A DNA stretch of 64,000 nt from Candidatus Woesearchaeota archaeon (GTDB taxonomy: Archaea; Nanobdellota; Nanobdellia; Pacearchaeales; GW2011-AR1): NCBI GenBank assembly GCA_964601175.1, contig CAZRMJ010000002.1, forward strand, positions 5,842 to 69,841, given 5' to 3'. The notes beneath the pieces are model-generated. The model saw nothing but the letters and a program-made list of their open reading frames with translations, had not been told where the DNA came from and did not search any database. This document shows positions 36,589 through 47,075 of this stretch, piece by piece. Numbering within the stretch: the first letter of the stretch is position 1; the number at the start of each line of letters is the position of its first letter. The position numbers were made by a program, and so were the translations under genes.

Positions 36589-38262
36589 TTAATTATTTTT
36601 AAAAAAGAATCTTAAAATGTGATCTGAAATTCTAATCCATTTTTTATTTTTTGTTCTTTTTATAGAATTTACTAAGATATATTTTAAAATTTGAGGATTC
36701 ACAAAAATAGAATAAAATGCTAATTTGTATAAATAGGAGTCAGTAAATAATTTTTTTTGATTCCTTAGATTAACTAAATTCATTTCAAATAATCCAAATA
36801 AAATGTGGTCCGTTCCGACTACAGGTATTTTCTTTATTTTATGGGTTTTTATTAGAGGTATGGAGATAAATGAAGTGGTTTCTTTTTGAATATTAAATTC
36901 TTTTTTATACAATTGTTTAAATTTCTCAAAATTGGTTAATAGATAATCTTTTCTTACCATTAATTGAGACACATCAAGATTATCTTTAATATAAGAGCCA
37001 TTATTTTGAAGGTAATTATATGCATAATATAATGATAATGAAGCATAATCTCCTATGATTTTTGAGCTAAGTAAAAGATCACAAACTGATATTGGCTTTC
37101 CAATTAATTCCATTGAATAGATCTGCACATAATCCCTATAGGGTAAAATCTCATATCCTTTGTTTTTGAAACCAACATATTTGTAATCTGATATTTTTTT
37201 CTTTACATGCCCATATCCTTTTTTTAAATCATCTTGATCTAAATAAACCGGTTTTTCAGCAAGATATTTTCTGCTGATATTTCCATAGAGAGGTTTACGA
37301 TTTTTCTCTATTGCTTTGTAAGCTTCGGTTAGAAGACCAAGATTTGAAAAACGCTTGACTATTATTTTGTATGCGTTTTCGGCTATTTTTTCTCTCTCCT
37401 TTTCATTTTTTAAATAATAATTAATTTTTTTGTATAATTCATCTTCATTTTTAAATGAAGCAAAATCCTTTCCTTCCGTAAATTTTGAGAAATATCCTTC
37501 AACATATTCAGTTAATGCAAATGATTTGCATGCATTTACTGCAAGAGATCTTTCTAAAACATGAGGCACACTAAAAAAGTTTTGTGAGAAACATAAATTT
37601 ATTTTAGATTCATTGATTATTTTTACAATTTCCTCTTCTGGAATTTTGCCCAAATAATGATCTTTAAACTCTGGGTAATCATCCCACCCTGCGCCGCCTA
37701 AAACAAAATTTACTCCTTTTTTTAATAAAAACCTCATATATTTTAGTCTATCTCCTTTAGGAGTTCCAACAAATAAAACGTCGTACTTCTTTTTTACATT
37801 TAATGGCTTAAATTTACCTGTATCTGCGCCCAATAAATCAAACCAAGGTATTCCGTAAGAGTCATATCTTTTAGTAAATTGAAGTTGGCTAATAAATTGA
37901 TAGTCTATTGCGTAAGAATAAGGAATTGTATAATTATCAAATTTAATGTCGTCATCTCCATTCCAATGAGTCACTTTTACATTTGGAAGAATTTCTTTTA
38001 TTTTTATAAGCGTCTCGGGATAGAATTCATCCCAAACTAAGAATAGATGAATATAATCTGGCTTTTCTTTCTGGAGTAATTTGAGAAACTTCTCATTCAT
38101 TATTTTTTTACCGTGTTTGTAAGTTTCTTCTTGAGGATCAAAATTTATTACTTCTGAGAATATTTTTCTAAGAGGGATATTATAAGCTTGATTTATTATC
38201 CAATAAGGGTTGTTTATTGACCAACATGCCAATAACATTTTTTTATTTATTAGACTCATCAT
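36589..38262 (-). CDS. CgeB-like (Glyco_trans_1_2) glycosyltransferase
   Basis: W.GDD, KYDVLFVG, G.GW, I.ESKINL.F, F.LTEY, EL..KI.YYL.NE.ERE.IA. Confidence 0.8.
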   Translation of the reverse strand: MMSLINKKMLLACWSINNPYWIINQAYNIPLRKIFSEVINFDPQEETYKHGKKIMNEKFLKLLQKEKPDYIHLFLVWDEFYPETLIKIKEILPNVKVTHWNGDDDIKFDNYTIPYSYAIDYQFISQLQFTKRYDSYGIPWFDLLGADTGKFKPLNVKKKYDVLFVGTPKGDRLKYMRFLLKKGVNFVLGGAGWDDYPEFKDHYLGKIPEEEIVKIINESKINLCFSQNFFSVPHVLERSLAVNACKSFALTEYVEGYFSKFTEGKDFASFKNEDELYKKINYYLKNEKEREKIAENAYKIIVKRFSNLGLLTEAYKAIEKNRKPLYGNISRKYLAEKPVYLDQDDLKKGYGHVKKKISDYKYVGFKNKGYEILPYRDYVQIYSMELIGKPISVCDLLLSSKIIGDYASLSLYYAYNYLQNNGSYIKDNLDVSQLMVRKDYLLTNFEKFKQLYKKEFNIQKETTSFISIPLIKTHKIKKIPVVGTDHILFGLFEMNLVNLRNQKKLFTDSYLYKLAFYSIFVNPQILKYILVNSIKRTKNKKWIRISDHILRFFFKNN

Positions 38263-38289
38263 TTGCCAAGAAAATCTTGATTTAAAAAC

Positions 38290-38310
38290 ATTGTTGAATC
38301 TGTCAACAAT
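38290..38310. promoter_or_regulatory. Inverted repeat between back-to-back TATA boxes (candidate operator)
   Basis: ATTGTTGA-atctg-TCAACAAT, between TTTAAAAA (38281) and TTTATAAA (38312). Confidence 0.45.
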
Positions 38311-38340
38311 CTTTATAAATCATTAAAATGCATGATATTT

Positions 38341-39558
38341 ATGATTAGAGCTCAATGTCTTGTATGTTCTTCTAATGAAGTTACGGATATAATTGATCTT
38401 GGAATGCATCCATTTGCAGATACTTTTGTTCCTGAATCTAAAGAAAGCGATAATGATGTGATTTACCGCCTGGTATGTAGCCTATGCTTAAAATGCGGGC
38501 ATGTTCAAAATAAATATGAAACAGATCCTATCAAAAGATATTCTCAGATTGATTACTCTTACACTTCTTCTAACTCTCAATTTGCAAGAGATCACTGGGA
38601 TAAATATGCTAAAGAAATCTCTGCTGAAATCGGATTAGATAAAGGATTAGTGATTGAAATAGGCTCTAATGACGGTTATCTTTCTGAGCAATTTCTTAAA
38701 AAAGGAAACAAAGTATTAGGAGTTGATCCTTCTCCTTATATGGCAGACTTAGCAAAACAAAGAAACATCTCAACTATTGTAGGCTTATTTGGATCAAAAT
38801 ATGTAGATGAAATTTTAAGTAAATATGGGAAGGCAGATTTAGTTTGTGCGAATAACGTTTTCAATCATTCAGATAATCCTTCTGATTTTGTAAAAGCAGT
38901 TTCTGAAATTTTGAAGGATGATGGGAGTTTTGTATTTGAACAACCATATTGGATAGATACTCTAAAGACTGGAAAATTCGATCAAATCTATCATGAACAT
39001 GTAAGTTATTTTACTGTTAAATCTGCTAAGGAGCTTTTAGAAAGGGCTGGATTGAAGATAAAGTCTTCAGAAATTGTAAACTACCACGGAGGATCTTTAA
39101 GAATAATTGCTCAAAAAAGCGATAATGTAAAAGAAAGCGATAATGTAAAAGAAATGATCTCTAATGAGGAGAGTTATGGTGCTTTTAAAATAGAGACTTA
39201 TAAAAAGTTCATGGAATCTTTGAAAATTCAAAGAAGTAAATTTATGCAAAAAATACATCATTTAAAGGAGAAGAATATTCCTCTAATTGCGGTAGGTGCA
39301 GCTGCAAAAGGAAATACATTCCTTAACTTTTATGGCTTAGATAACACAATTATTGATTATGTAACAGATGCATCTCCGCATAAGAAAGGCAAATATACTC
39401 CTGCCACAAGAATACCCATAGTAGGAGATGAGATATTCTCCAAATATGAAGATGTGTATGCCATAATTTTATCTTGGAATATTGCAGATCAACTTAAGAA
39501 TATATTATCTAGATATAATGATAAAATAAATTTTATTTCTCCTGTGCAGAGCATATGA
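38341..39558 (+). CDS. NDP-hexose C-methyltransferase (TylC3/NovU-like)
   Basis: CxxC..DLG.HP.A, CxxC.HVQ, YSY.SS, EIGSNDG, FDQIYHEH.SYF, HGGSLR, GAAAKGNT. Start could be 38332 or 38341. Confidence 0.9.
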   Translation: MIRAQCLVCSSNEVTDIIDLGMHPFADTFVPESKESDNDVIYRLVCSLCLKCGHVQNKYETDPIKRYSQIDYSYTSSNSQFARDHWDKYAKEISAEIGLDKGLVIEIGSNDGYLSEQFLKKGNKVLGVDPSPYMADLAKQRNISTIVGLFGSKYVDEILSKYGKADLVCANNVFNHSDNPSDFVKAVSEILKDDGSFVFEQPYWIDTLKTGKFDQIYHEHVSYFTVKSAKELLERAGLKIKSSEIVNYHGGSLRIIAQKSDNVKESDNVKEMISNEESYGAFKIETYKKFMESLKIQRSKFMQKIHHLKEKNIPLIAVGAAAKGNTFLNFYGLDNTIIDYVTDASPHKKGKYTPATRIPIVGDEIFSKYEDVYAIILSWNIADQLKNILSRYNDKINFISPVQSI

Positions 39559-39980
39559 TAGAAAGAATATATTCAAAGGTAAATCCTTCTATACTCCTGC
39601 ATATTTTACATACTAATTCTGGGCTTAATCAAAAAATAGAGGATAAAAAAATTCATAGTTTGACTGATCCGGAACATTTTTTGCAAGCAATGTTTTTTGA
39701 AATGCCTGCTGGAACGAAAAGCAACCCTCATAAACATAACCTTCAAGAAAGAAGAACCACCCATACGCATGAAGCACTTTTGCTTTTGAAAGGGTCTATT
39801 GAATTAAATATTTATGATATTGATGACAGTTTTGTTGAGACGAAGATTCTGAATGAAGGAGACTGCTATGTTCTTATTAATGGGGGGCATAGCATAAAGA
39901 CCATTACAGATTCTAAATTTTTTGAGTTTAAAAATGGACCTTACTACGGAAGCGAGAAAGATAAAACAAGCATTAATTGA
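39555..39980 (+). CDS. Cupin-fold protein (sugar-cluster associated)
   Basis: PHKH...R....THE.L.L.KG, L..GD...L..GGH, E.KNGPY. Confidence 0.8.
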   Translation: MIERIYSKVNPSILLHILHTNSGLNQKIEDKKIHSLTDPEHFLQAMFFEMPAGTKSNPHKHNLQERRTTHTHEALLLLKGSIELNIYDIDDSFVETKILNEGDCYVLINGGHSIKTITDSKFFEFKNGPYYGSEKDKTSIN

Positions 39981-40012
39981 AATTAAGTTGTTTAAATATT
40001 CCAAAATTATTC

Positions 40013-41110
40013 TTAATTTATCATACCCATAGACTTCAACATCTCTTTTGCTTTTTCTATATAAAACCCTTTTTGGTTGTTATTGTCTTTATCAACTAGG
40101 ATTAATCCATTTTCTTCGAATTGTTCCTTTAGATCTGCTTCGAGCATTGTATGAACTAATTCTTTGAATTTTATGGAAGGTACCCATCCCAAAAGCCTCT
40201 TTGCTTTTGAAGCATCTCCTAATAAAGCGTCAACTTCTGCAGGTCTTTTGTATCTATCTGAAACTTCAACATATTTTTCATAGTCTAGTCCTAAAAGAGA
40301 AAATGCTTCTTGCAAAAACTCTCTAACTGTATGAGTCTCCTCTGTTGCAATAACAAAATCCTCAGGCTCATGATGTTGAAGAATAGCCCACATTGCTTTA
40401 ACATATTCCTGTGAATGCCCCCAATCTCTTTTTGCATCTAAATTGCCCATAACTATTTTTTTTGCGTGTCCCATGACTATTCTGGATAATTCTCTTGTAA
40501 TTTTACGAGTTGCAAAATTAATTCCCCTTCTAGGAGATTCATGATTGAATAGTATTCCGTTACAAGCAAATAAGCCATATGCCACCCTATACAATCTTGT
40601 GAAATTAAAAGCTGCAACTTTTGATACTCCATAGGGGCTTTGAGGTTTGAATGGAGTTTCCTCATTTTGAGGAGGAGGTGATGCTCCAAACATTTCAGAA
40701 GAGGATGCTTGGTAATATTTGCATTTTAGTCCTGAATGATGTATTGCATCTAATAGCCTTAATGTTCCTAGCGCATTTATATCAAAGGTTGTTGCAGGAT
40801 TTTCAAAACTTATGCCTACATGACTTTGAGCAGCTAAATTATATACCTCATCCGGTTTTACTTTTTCCAAAATATTTCTTAAACTAGAAGCATCTGTAAG
40901 ATCTGCATGGTAACAAACAAACTCTTTTTCTGAGTCTTGGCTATAATTCATCTTCTTTAGAAGATGTTCTATTCTCCCGCTATGAATACTACTTGAACGC
41001 CTAACTATTCCCCTTACATAATATCCCTTATCTAGCAAAAATTCTGCCAAATACGAGCCATCTTGTCCATTTACTCCTGTAATCAGAGCTACTTTTTTTC
41101 CATTTAACAT
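40013..41110 (-). CDS. gmd: GDP-mannose 4,6-dehydratase
   Basis: ALITGVNGQDGSYLAE.LL, NLAAQSHV..SF, YQASSSEMFG, GILFNHESPRRG..F.TRKI, GNLDAKRDWG. Confidence 0.96.
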   Translation of the reverse strand: MLNGKKVALITGVNGQDGSYLAEFLLDKGYYVRGIVRRSSSIHSGRIEHLLKKMNYSQDSEKEFVCYHADLTDASSLRNILEKVKPDEVYNLAAQSHVGISFENPATTFDINALGTLRLLDAIHHSGLKCKYYQASSSEMFGASPPPQNEETPFKPQSPYGVSKVAAFNFTRLYRVAYGLFACNGILFNHESPRRGINFATRKITRELSRIVMGHAKKIVMGNLDAKRDWGHSQEYVKAMWAILQHHEPEDFVIATEETHTVREFLQEAFSLLGLDYEKYVEVSDRYKRPAEVDALLGDASKAKRLLGWVPSIKFKELVHTMLEADLKEQFEENGLILVDKDNNNQKGFYIEKAKEMLKSMGMIN

Positions 41111-41152
41111 TTTTGTAGTTGCTAAAATCTGTATATAAATATATTGTAATTT

Positions 41153-42964
41153 TCAGTTAGATTTTTTTTCAACTGATAAGAGGTAAAAAGGAACTACTAT
41201 CGAAATTGCAGATAATACAATTAGAGTATACAAAATCAGATATGCAATTAAATCCAGCAGTTTATTTAATGCTCCATCCACTACATAATAATCAAATGCA
41301 TCTTTTGGATTAACATTTCTTGGAATATGGTAAAAGAAATGGTTGTGGGTTTGATCAACATAACCTAATAATGCAGGATTGACTAAAATATCAGAAGAAT
41401 AAACTTTGTAAAACGGTTTGTTCAATGGTTCTCCACCTCTTACTCCATCTATTCCGCTACCACCGTTAAAGTTCTTTGAAGTTGAAGTTTCCTTAAATTT
41501 AGAGACCAGCATTTCCATTGAGGCATTTAATTCAGGTTGATCTTTTATTGTTCCCCAACCACAATCATCTATTGCGCATTCGACAAAAATCGCATTTACT
41601 CTTACAGGTTTAGTCGAATTATCAAAATTATTAAGTTGTAAAAGGTAATCTGCATTAAGATAGTGTTTATCATTAAACATCCAAGTATATGTTCCAACAT
41701 AAATCCTAGAGTCTACTAAAACTAATGTGTTTTCATCAATTGTTTTTGCATAAGCTCTTAGTTTTTCAGTTGCACTTTGAGAGGTTAATGGATTATGTAA
41801 ATGAATCAAATTATATATTAGAACTATGGACAAAACTATTAAAATAAATAACTTAGAGTGACCTTTTAGTTTCCTATTTTTTGAGACATATTCTATAAAT
41901 GGTGCTGAGAAGAGCGCCATCAATGGAAAGAATGAAGTATAATGTGTTTGCAGTACTATTGATGATGCAATGAAAATAATTCCAAAGAAAAACAAAGATA
42001 ATAAGAACAATATCTCAAAATTAGATTCTCTTTTCTTGAAGCCCTTGATAAGATAAATTATACCTGCTACGGCTAAAAGGAAAATTAATGGGTCTTCTTT
42101 TATGAAATATACTGTAATTATATCATAAAGATTTTTAGGAAGTTTCAATAAAACAAAACCCTCTTCATGGTGCAAACCAGGGCCAGTGTAAAATTCAGGA
42201 TTTATTCTTAAAAATTGAGCCAGAGGCAGATCTACGATTCCTTTTTCCTTAAACAAAAATAAATTATAAGCCGCTACTGGAAGAGTGGCTAAAATAAGTA
42301 AGGCAATTATTACCAACAGACGATTTAAATTCTCTCTGAATAATTTACGATTATTTTTGAAATTTTTATACAAAACATATATTGCGAAGGCAAAGAAAAC
42401 TATTATGAAAACCCCTGAAATTATTTTCATCAATTCAGCTATTGCAAGAAAAACTCCCGATAACATAGAGAGTTTTCCTTTTTCTTTGTAACTTTTTAGG
42501 AAAAAGAAAGATGCAAGCAAGATAAAAAACATCATTGTTTGATCTTGATAACTTGCAGCCCAGGTTATATGAAATGAAGAGATTGCAAGAAGGAATGATG
42601 AAATTAAAGCTATTTTCCGATTAAATAAGAGATTTGAAATTAAATAGACTAAAATTATAGATAAACTGCCAAAAATAACTGAAAGAGATCTTGCTGTAAG
42701 CAAGCTTATTCCAAAGATGCGATAGATATAATCTGTAAGATAATACCATATAGTTGATTGAGTTAGTGTACTTAATGGAGCCAATTTAGAGATCCCTATT
42801 GCATGAACTCCGTGAACCATTTCATCGGCCACAGGAGTCAGATTAGAAGCTACAATAATTCTTAAAATTAAACCGAATAAAAAAATTGAGATTAAGGTTA
42901 TTTTATAATTCTTATTTATAAAACGATACAACTTTTCAACAAACGTTTTTTTGTCATTTTCCAC
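41153..42964 (-). CDS. GT-C membrane glycosyltransferase (PMT-2/ArnT-like)
   Basis: LILRI...ADE, R.LSVIFG.LSIILVYLI, ALISSFLLAIS.FHI; multiple TM segments. Confidence 0.82.
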   Translation of the reverse strand: MENDKKTFVEKLYRFINKNYKITLISIFLFGLILRIIVASNLTPVADEMVHGVHAIGISKLAPLSTLTQSTIWYYLTDYIYRIFGISLLTARSLSVIFGSLSIILVYLISNLLFNRKIALISSFLLAISSFHITWAASYQDQTMMFFILLASFFFLKSYKEKGKLSMLSGVFLAIAELMKIISGVFIIVFFAFAIYVLYKNFKNNRKLFRENLNRLLVIIALLILATLPVAAYNLFLFKEKGIVDLPLAQFLRINPEFYTGPGLHHEEGFVLLKLPKNLYDIITVYFIKEDPLIFLLAVAGIIYLIKGFKKRESNFEILFLLSLFFFGIIFIASSIVLQTHYTSFFPLMALFSAPFIEYVSKNRKLKGHSKLFILIVLSIVLIYNLIHLHNPLTSQSATEKLRAYAKTIDENTLVLVDSRIYVGTYTWMFNDKHYLNADYLLQLNNFDNSTKPVRVNAIFVECAIDDCGWGTIKDQPELNASMEMLVSKFKETSTSKNFNGGSGIDGVRGGEPLNKPFYKVYSSDILVNPALLGYVDQTHNHFFYHIPRNVNPKDAFDYYVVDGALNKLLDLIAYLILYTLIVLSAISIVVPFYLLSVEKKSN

Positions 42965-42987
42965 TTTAAGATATAATTGGCATTTAT

Positions 42988-43818
42988 TTAAATCTGCGTC
43001 TTTTTAATCTCGGATAGATAGTCTTTAAGTGCAATTTTCCAGTTTCTAATTTCGTTATTTTTTGAAATTAAAGCTTCACTTTGAGATCTTTGAGATGAAT
43101 TACTTAAAGTTTTATAAGAGATTAATTTCAAATCGAGATTTTTTCCGGTTAATAGCACGCACTCTTTTGCAACGTCTGCTGCTGAAGCATATCCTTCATT
43201 AACTAAATGAATTACTTCATTTCGATTAGAAATAATTAATCTCTTCAATTCATTTACAAAATCTTTTATGTATGTTGGAGATCCAAATGAGTCGTATGTG
43301 GCAATTATTTCCCCTTCATTCTTTTCATTTAATAGTTTATCTATGAATTTAGTAAATCCATTTTTTTTATGAGCAATTCCAAATAACCATCCAGTTCTTA
43401 TTATAAGGTAATTTTTTGAACTATTTTTTAATAAAATCTCTGCAAGATATTTAGTTTTTCCATATACATTTATTGGATTTGGAATATCTAATTCGGTAAA
43501 CCCATTTGAATTTCCGTTAAAAACTGCTCCGCTTGAGATCAAAATTGTTAGAGAATTGTATTTATTGGCTATTTTTATTACATTATTAAAACCGTTTACA
43601 TTTACATTCATTGCCATGATAGGGTTGCTTTCTGATGAAGCTAAATCTACTGATGCAAGGCATATAACTGCTTGCGGAGAATATTTTGAAAAAATCATTT
43701 CCACATCTTTTAAATTAGCAATATCTAAATCTTTATGGCCCAATTTTATCCCAAAGTCAAGTTCTTGTCCTATGGTGCTATCTTTTCCTATTATTAATAC
43801 TTTTGAGAGGTCTATCAA
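42988..43818 (-). CDS. dTDP-4-dehydrorhamnose reductase-like (RmlD-like)
   Basis: LDI, ISS..VFNG, P.PINVYGKTK, IRT.WLFG, GSPTY..D. Confidence 0.85.
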   Translation of the reverse strand: MIDLSKVLIIGKDSTIGQELDFGIKLGHKDLDIANLKDVEMIFSKYSPQAVICLASVDLASSESNPIMAMNVNVNGFNNVIKIANKYNSLTILISSGAVFNGNSNGFTELDIPNPINVYGKTKYLAEILLKNSSKNYLIIRTGWLFGIAHKKNGFTKFIDKLLNEKNEGEIIATYDSFGSPTYIKDFVNELKRLIISNRNEVIHLVNEGYASAADVAKECVLLTGKNLDLKLISYKTLSNSSQRSQSEALISKNNEIRNWKIALKDYLSEIKKTQI

Positions 43819-45044
43819 AATTCCTCCACCTTCAACTCAGGAAAGGGGATTATTACTTTAAATGAAGGCATTATCTCTTTTAATCTTCTTATGAAACTAT
43901 CTTTATAATTCCAAGAAAATAGAATAAAAGTCTTATTATCTTTTTCTTTTTTCAATGAATCTGTAGACATTACAGGAACGTGAACTCCAGGCACCAGTCT
44001 TCCTTGCTTAAGAACAGTATCATCAACAACATAGTCGAGATCATTCGGAGTAATTCCAATATAATTCATCATCACTACGCCTCTTGCAGGAGCTCCAAGA
44101 CCAATTAGTTTTCCATTACTTAATTTCTCTCGTTCTATCAATTCCCTTATTTCTTTCCTATAATTCTCTACTTTTTTATTTACTTCAGAATAGACTTGTT
44201 GGTTATCTAAACCAATTAATTTTTCTTCAGATAATAATTTGTTTACGGATTCACTTACTGGTTTTGCGTACTCATCTTTCATAGCTGAAATTCTTAATGA
44301 TCCTCCTTGAGTTGGTATTTTTTCTACATCTACTATTGTAAGTCCAGCCATCCTAAATGTAGATATTAAAGAGTGTAATGAAAATGTGTATACGTGCTCG
44401 TGATAAATGGTATCAAACTCTCCCCTTAACACTGTATCTAACGCATAAACCCCTTCCATTACTAAAACTCCGGAGTCTTTCATTACTAACCTAGCTGCCT
44501 TAAGTAAATCTATATTATTTGGAGTATGAGGAATGACATTTAATGCAAGTAATAGGTCATATTTTCCCTTTTCTTTAACTATTTTTGAAGCAGTCTTTGT
44601 GTCAAAAAATTCGGATATGTATTCGACTTGTTTTTCTTTATTTAAATCCGATAAATTCTTTGCAGGATCAACCCCTAAAATATTTTTTGTATATGGTTTA
44701 AAAAATGAAAGCAAGGTGCCATCATTAGAGCCTATTTCTAAAATTTTTGTGCTTTCATCTATTTTGAATTTATCTTTTATATAAGATGCAACTTCCTTCA
44801 GATGATTTATATTTGACTCAGATCCAGAGGAAAGATGAAGATAGTTTCTGAATAGCTCTTCAGGAGGAACTATTTCTTCAAGTTGGACCAAATAGCAATT
44901 TGGACAATATGCTAGGTTTAGAGGGTATGCCTTCTCTTTACTAACTTCTGATTCTTGTATAAATGCATTTACTGGAGGGATATTTCCTAATTCCAAAAAT
45001 CTATTCATCCCCTCAAAACCGCAGGATTTGCATTTTAATTCCAT
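43815..45044 (-). CDS. NDP-hexose C-methyltransferase (second paralogue)
   Basis: CKSCG, LG..P..NAF, CPNC.LVQL, EIGSNDG.LL, FDTIYHEH, TQGGSLR, GAPARG. Confidence 0.9.
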   Translation of the reverse strand: MELKCKSCGFEGMNRFLELGNIPPVNAFIQESEVSKEKAYPLNLAYCPNCYLVQLEEIVPPEELFRNYLHLSSGSESNINHLKEVASYIKDKFKIDESTKILEIGSNDGTLLSFFKPYTKNILGVDPAKNLSDLNKEKQVEYISEFFDTKTASKIVKEKGKYDLLLALNVIPHTPNNIDLLKAARLVMKDSGVLVMEGVYALDTVLRGEFDTIYHEHVYTFSLHSLISTFRMAGLTIVDVEKIPTQGGSLRISAMKDEYAKPVSESVNKLLSEEKLIGLDNQQVYSEVNKKVENYRKEIRELIEREKLSNGKLIGLGAPARGVVMMNYIGITPNDLDYVVDDTVLKQGRLVPGVHVPVMSTDSLKKEKDNKTFILFSWNYKDSFIRRLKEIMPSFKVIIPFPELKVEEF

Positions 45045-45054
45045 CTTAAAACCT

Positions 45055-45843
45055 TCAATTTGCCCTATTAAAAACTTTGTTATAGTATAAACCTGCTCTT
45101 GCTAGAATGAATTGAGCTAAGACCCAAAAACTCCTTATTGCATACCAACTTGCTCCCTTTATTGAATGAGAAGTATGATCTGCATGGTAATCTGCTTCTA
45201 CGGGAACTTCCTTAACAGGCATTCTGTAATATGCCGCTTGTGCTATTATCTGGAAGCTAAATAAGTAGTCATTAGTATTAGCTTTGTAAGGGACTTTTTC
45301 GATAAGTTTTCTTCCATAAATTCTAAATCCTGTGTGAAACTCAGTTAATTTTAATCCAAGTATTAGCCTATCAAAGAAACTAAGTCCCCTGTTTGCTAAA
45401 AATCTTATTAAAGGCATCCCATTTTTTAGCGCTTGCCCTGGAACTGTAAATCTTGACCCTAATATAAGTTGAGCATTTCCCTCTTGCATAAAAGGCATTG
45501 CATACTTTATAGAGATTGGATTGAACTGTGCTCCGTCTCCGTGAATTTCAACTATGTAATCTGCTCCCATTTCTAAAGCCTTTTTTATCCCTTCTTTTAG
45601 ATTTCCGCCGTATCCCCTATTTGGAACATGCCTAAATGATTTAATTCCCAATTTTTTAGCAACTTCATAAGTTCCATCTTTAGATCCATCATCCATTAAT
45701 ATCAGATCATCTAAGAGTCCTTTTGGGATTGCTCTTATTCTTTCAATGGCGCGTGGCAACATTTTTGCAACATTATATGCTAATATAACTCCTATTACCT
45801 TGGGTTTTTTCCTCGAAGAAATAGCCTTTTTTCCCGTTACCAT
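45055..45843 (-). CDS. GT2 polyprenol-phosphate glycosyltransferase (DPM1-like)
   Basis: AYNVAK.L, DDGSKDGT, N.GYGGN.K, HGD.Q, LGSRF, EFHTGFR.Y. Confidence 0.88.
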   Translation of the reverse strand: MVTGKKAISSRKKPKVIGVILAYNVAKMLPRAIERIRAIPKGLLDDLILMDDGSKDGTYEVAKKLGIKSFRHVPNRGYGGNLKEGIKKALEMGADYIVEIHGDGAQFNPISIKYAMPFMQEGNAQLILGSRFTVPGQALKNGMPLIRFLANRGLSFFDRLILGLKLTEFHTGFRIYGRKLIEKVPYKANTNDYLFSFQIIAQAAYYRMPVKEVPVEADYHADHTSHSIKGASWYAIRSFWVLAQFILARAGLYYNKVFNRAN

Positions 45844-45915
45844 TTAGGACAGTTTAATAAAAAATGTTTATAAACTTATATGTGGACTTGTTTAAATTAA
45901 TCTTAATTAAAATCT

Positions 45916-46992
45916 CTAATGCTGAGATTCTCCACCATTTGACCATCTCGGACTTGATGCCAGACTATAGTTGATTATTGGTTCCTTGATGATTTTCTTC
46001 ATAACTTCTAAATTATAATATTTGGAATCATCCATATTTTCTAATTTTCTAGAATTAACAGCTTCTTCGATCTCCTTCAAACCATGCTTAATGTCATATA
46101 GGCATTTGAAACTACAAATCTTTTCAAATTTCTTGAAACTTACCCTGTAAGATCTATTATCTTTATTTTGGTCTATTTTTTCTATTTTTGAATCTTTGAA
46201 ATGATTTGCTATTAATGGCACTAAATCTTTAATCATAAAATTAAGATCACTATTTCCAACATTGAAAACTTGTTTATTAACAATATTAGAGTCTTCTTCT
46301 AATACTGTAATAACTGCCCTACTTGCGTCTTTTACATGCAGAAATGGTCTGTACTGAGTCCCATCACCATTCAGAATTATACTTTTTCCTTGTAATGCTC
46401 TCTTTGCCATCACATTTACTGCAAGATCAAACCTCATTCTAGGAGAATATCCGAATAAAGTTGCGAATCTTAATGCAGTTACTGAAAATTTAGAGTCTGC
46501 CATCGGGAAAAGAGCATTTTCACATTGTAATTTTGATAAAGCATAAAGAGTCACTGGACCAACATCTGATTGCTCATCAAGAAACTTTGCACCGCTTGCC
46601 CCATAAACTGAACAAGATGAAATAAATATAAATCTCTTAATTCCTTCTGCTTTTGCTCTTCTTGCTAGAGACATTGTAGCTAAGAAATTTGTTTGTATTG
46701 TTAAATTGGGATCTAGATCTCCTGAAGGATCGTTAGAAAGTCCTGAAAGATGGATTACTGCATCTACTCCGTCAAATAAATCAGGAATATTCTCATGATG
46801 GGCTATATCCATTTCAGTAACTTTTAGATTGGGATTACTTAGATGACTTTCAATAGGATTTTTTCCAAAATAAAAAGTATCCATTACATGTACCCTATAG
46901 TTCTTCTCCAAAAGCATTGGAACTAATATGGACCCTAAATATCCAGCTCCCCCAGTTACTAAAATTTTTTTGTTATCTGCGAAATCTTTCAT
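45916..46992 (-). CDS. NAD-dependent epimerase/dehydratase (extended SDR)
   Basis: VTGGAGYLGS, HL.GLSNDP, SSCSVYG, YALSK, LRFAT.FG.SPRMRFDL.VN. Confidence 0.9.
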   Translation of the reverse strand: MKDFADNKKILVTGGAGYLGSILVPMLLEKNYRVHVMDTFYFGKNPIESHLSNPNLKVTEMDIAHHENIPDLFDGVDAVIHLSGLSNDPSGDLDPNLTIQTNFLATMSLARRAKAEGIKRFIFISSCSVYGASGAKFLDEQSDVGPVTLYALSKLQCENALFPMADSKFSVTALRFATLFGYSPRMRFDLAVNVMAKRALQGKSIILNGDGTQYRPFLHVKDASRAVITVLEEDSNIVNKQVFNVGNSDLNFMIKDLVPLIANHFKDSKIEKIDQNKDNRSYRVSFKKFEKICSFKCLYDIKHGLKEIEEAVNSRKLENMDDSKYYNLEVMKKIIKEPIINYSLASSPRWSNGGESQH

Positions 46993-47075
46993 TATAAAAA
47001 TTGCGATTAGGCATTTTATAAATTTATGGATCCATAAGGCGATAATCTTTTAAACAAATAAGGCAGGCTTCTTTT

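Larger units (their letters stand above)
14294..46992. other. Protein glycosylation / surface glycan biosynthesis island
   Basis: About 30 contiguous genes for OST, flippases, GTs, NDP-sugar modifying enzymes and methyltransferases, on both strands. Confidence 0.9.

Noticed and set aside
39116..39154. 18-nt tandem duplication AAAGCGATAATGTAAAAG in a C-methyltransferase
   Set aside because: Simple in-frame slippage duplication in a loop; two copies.
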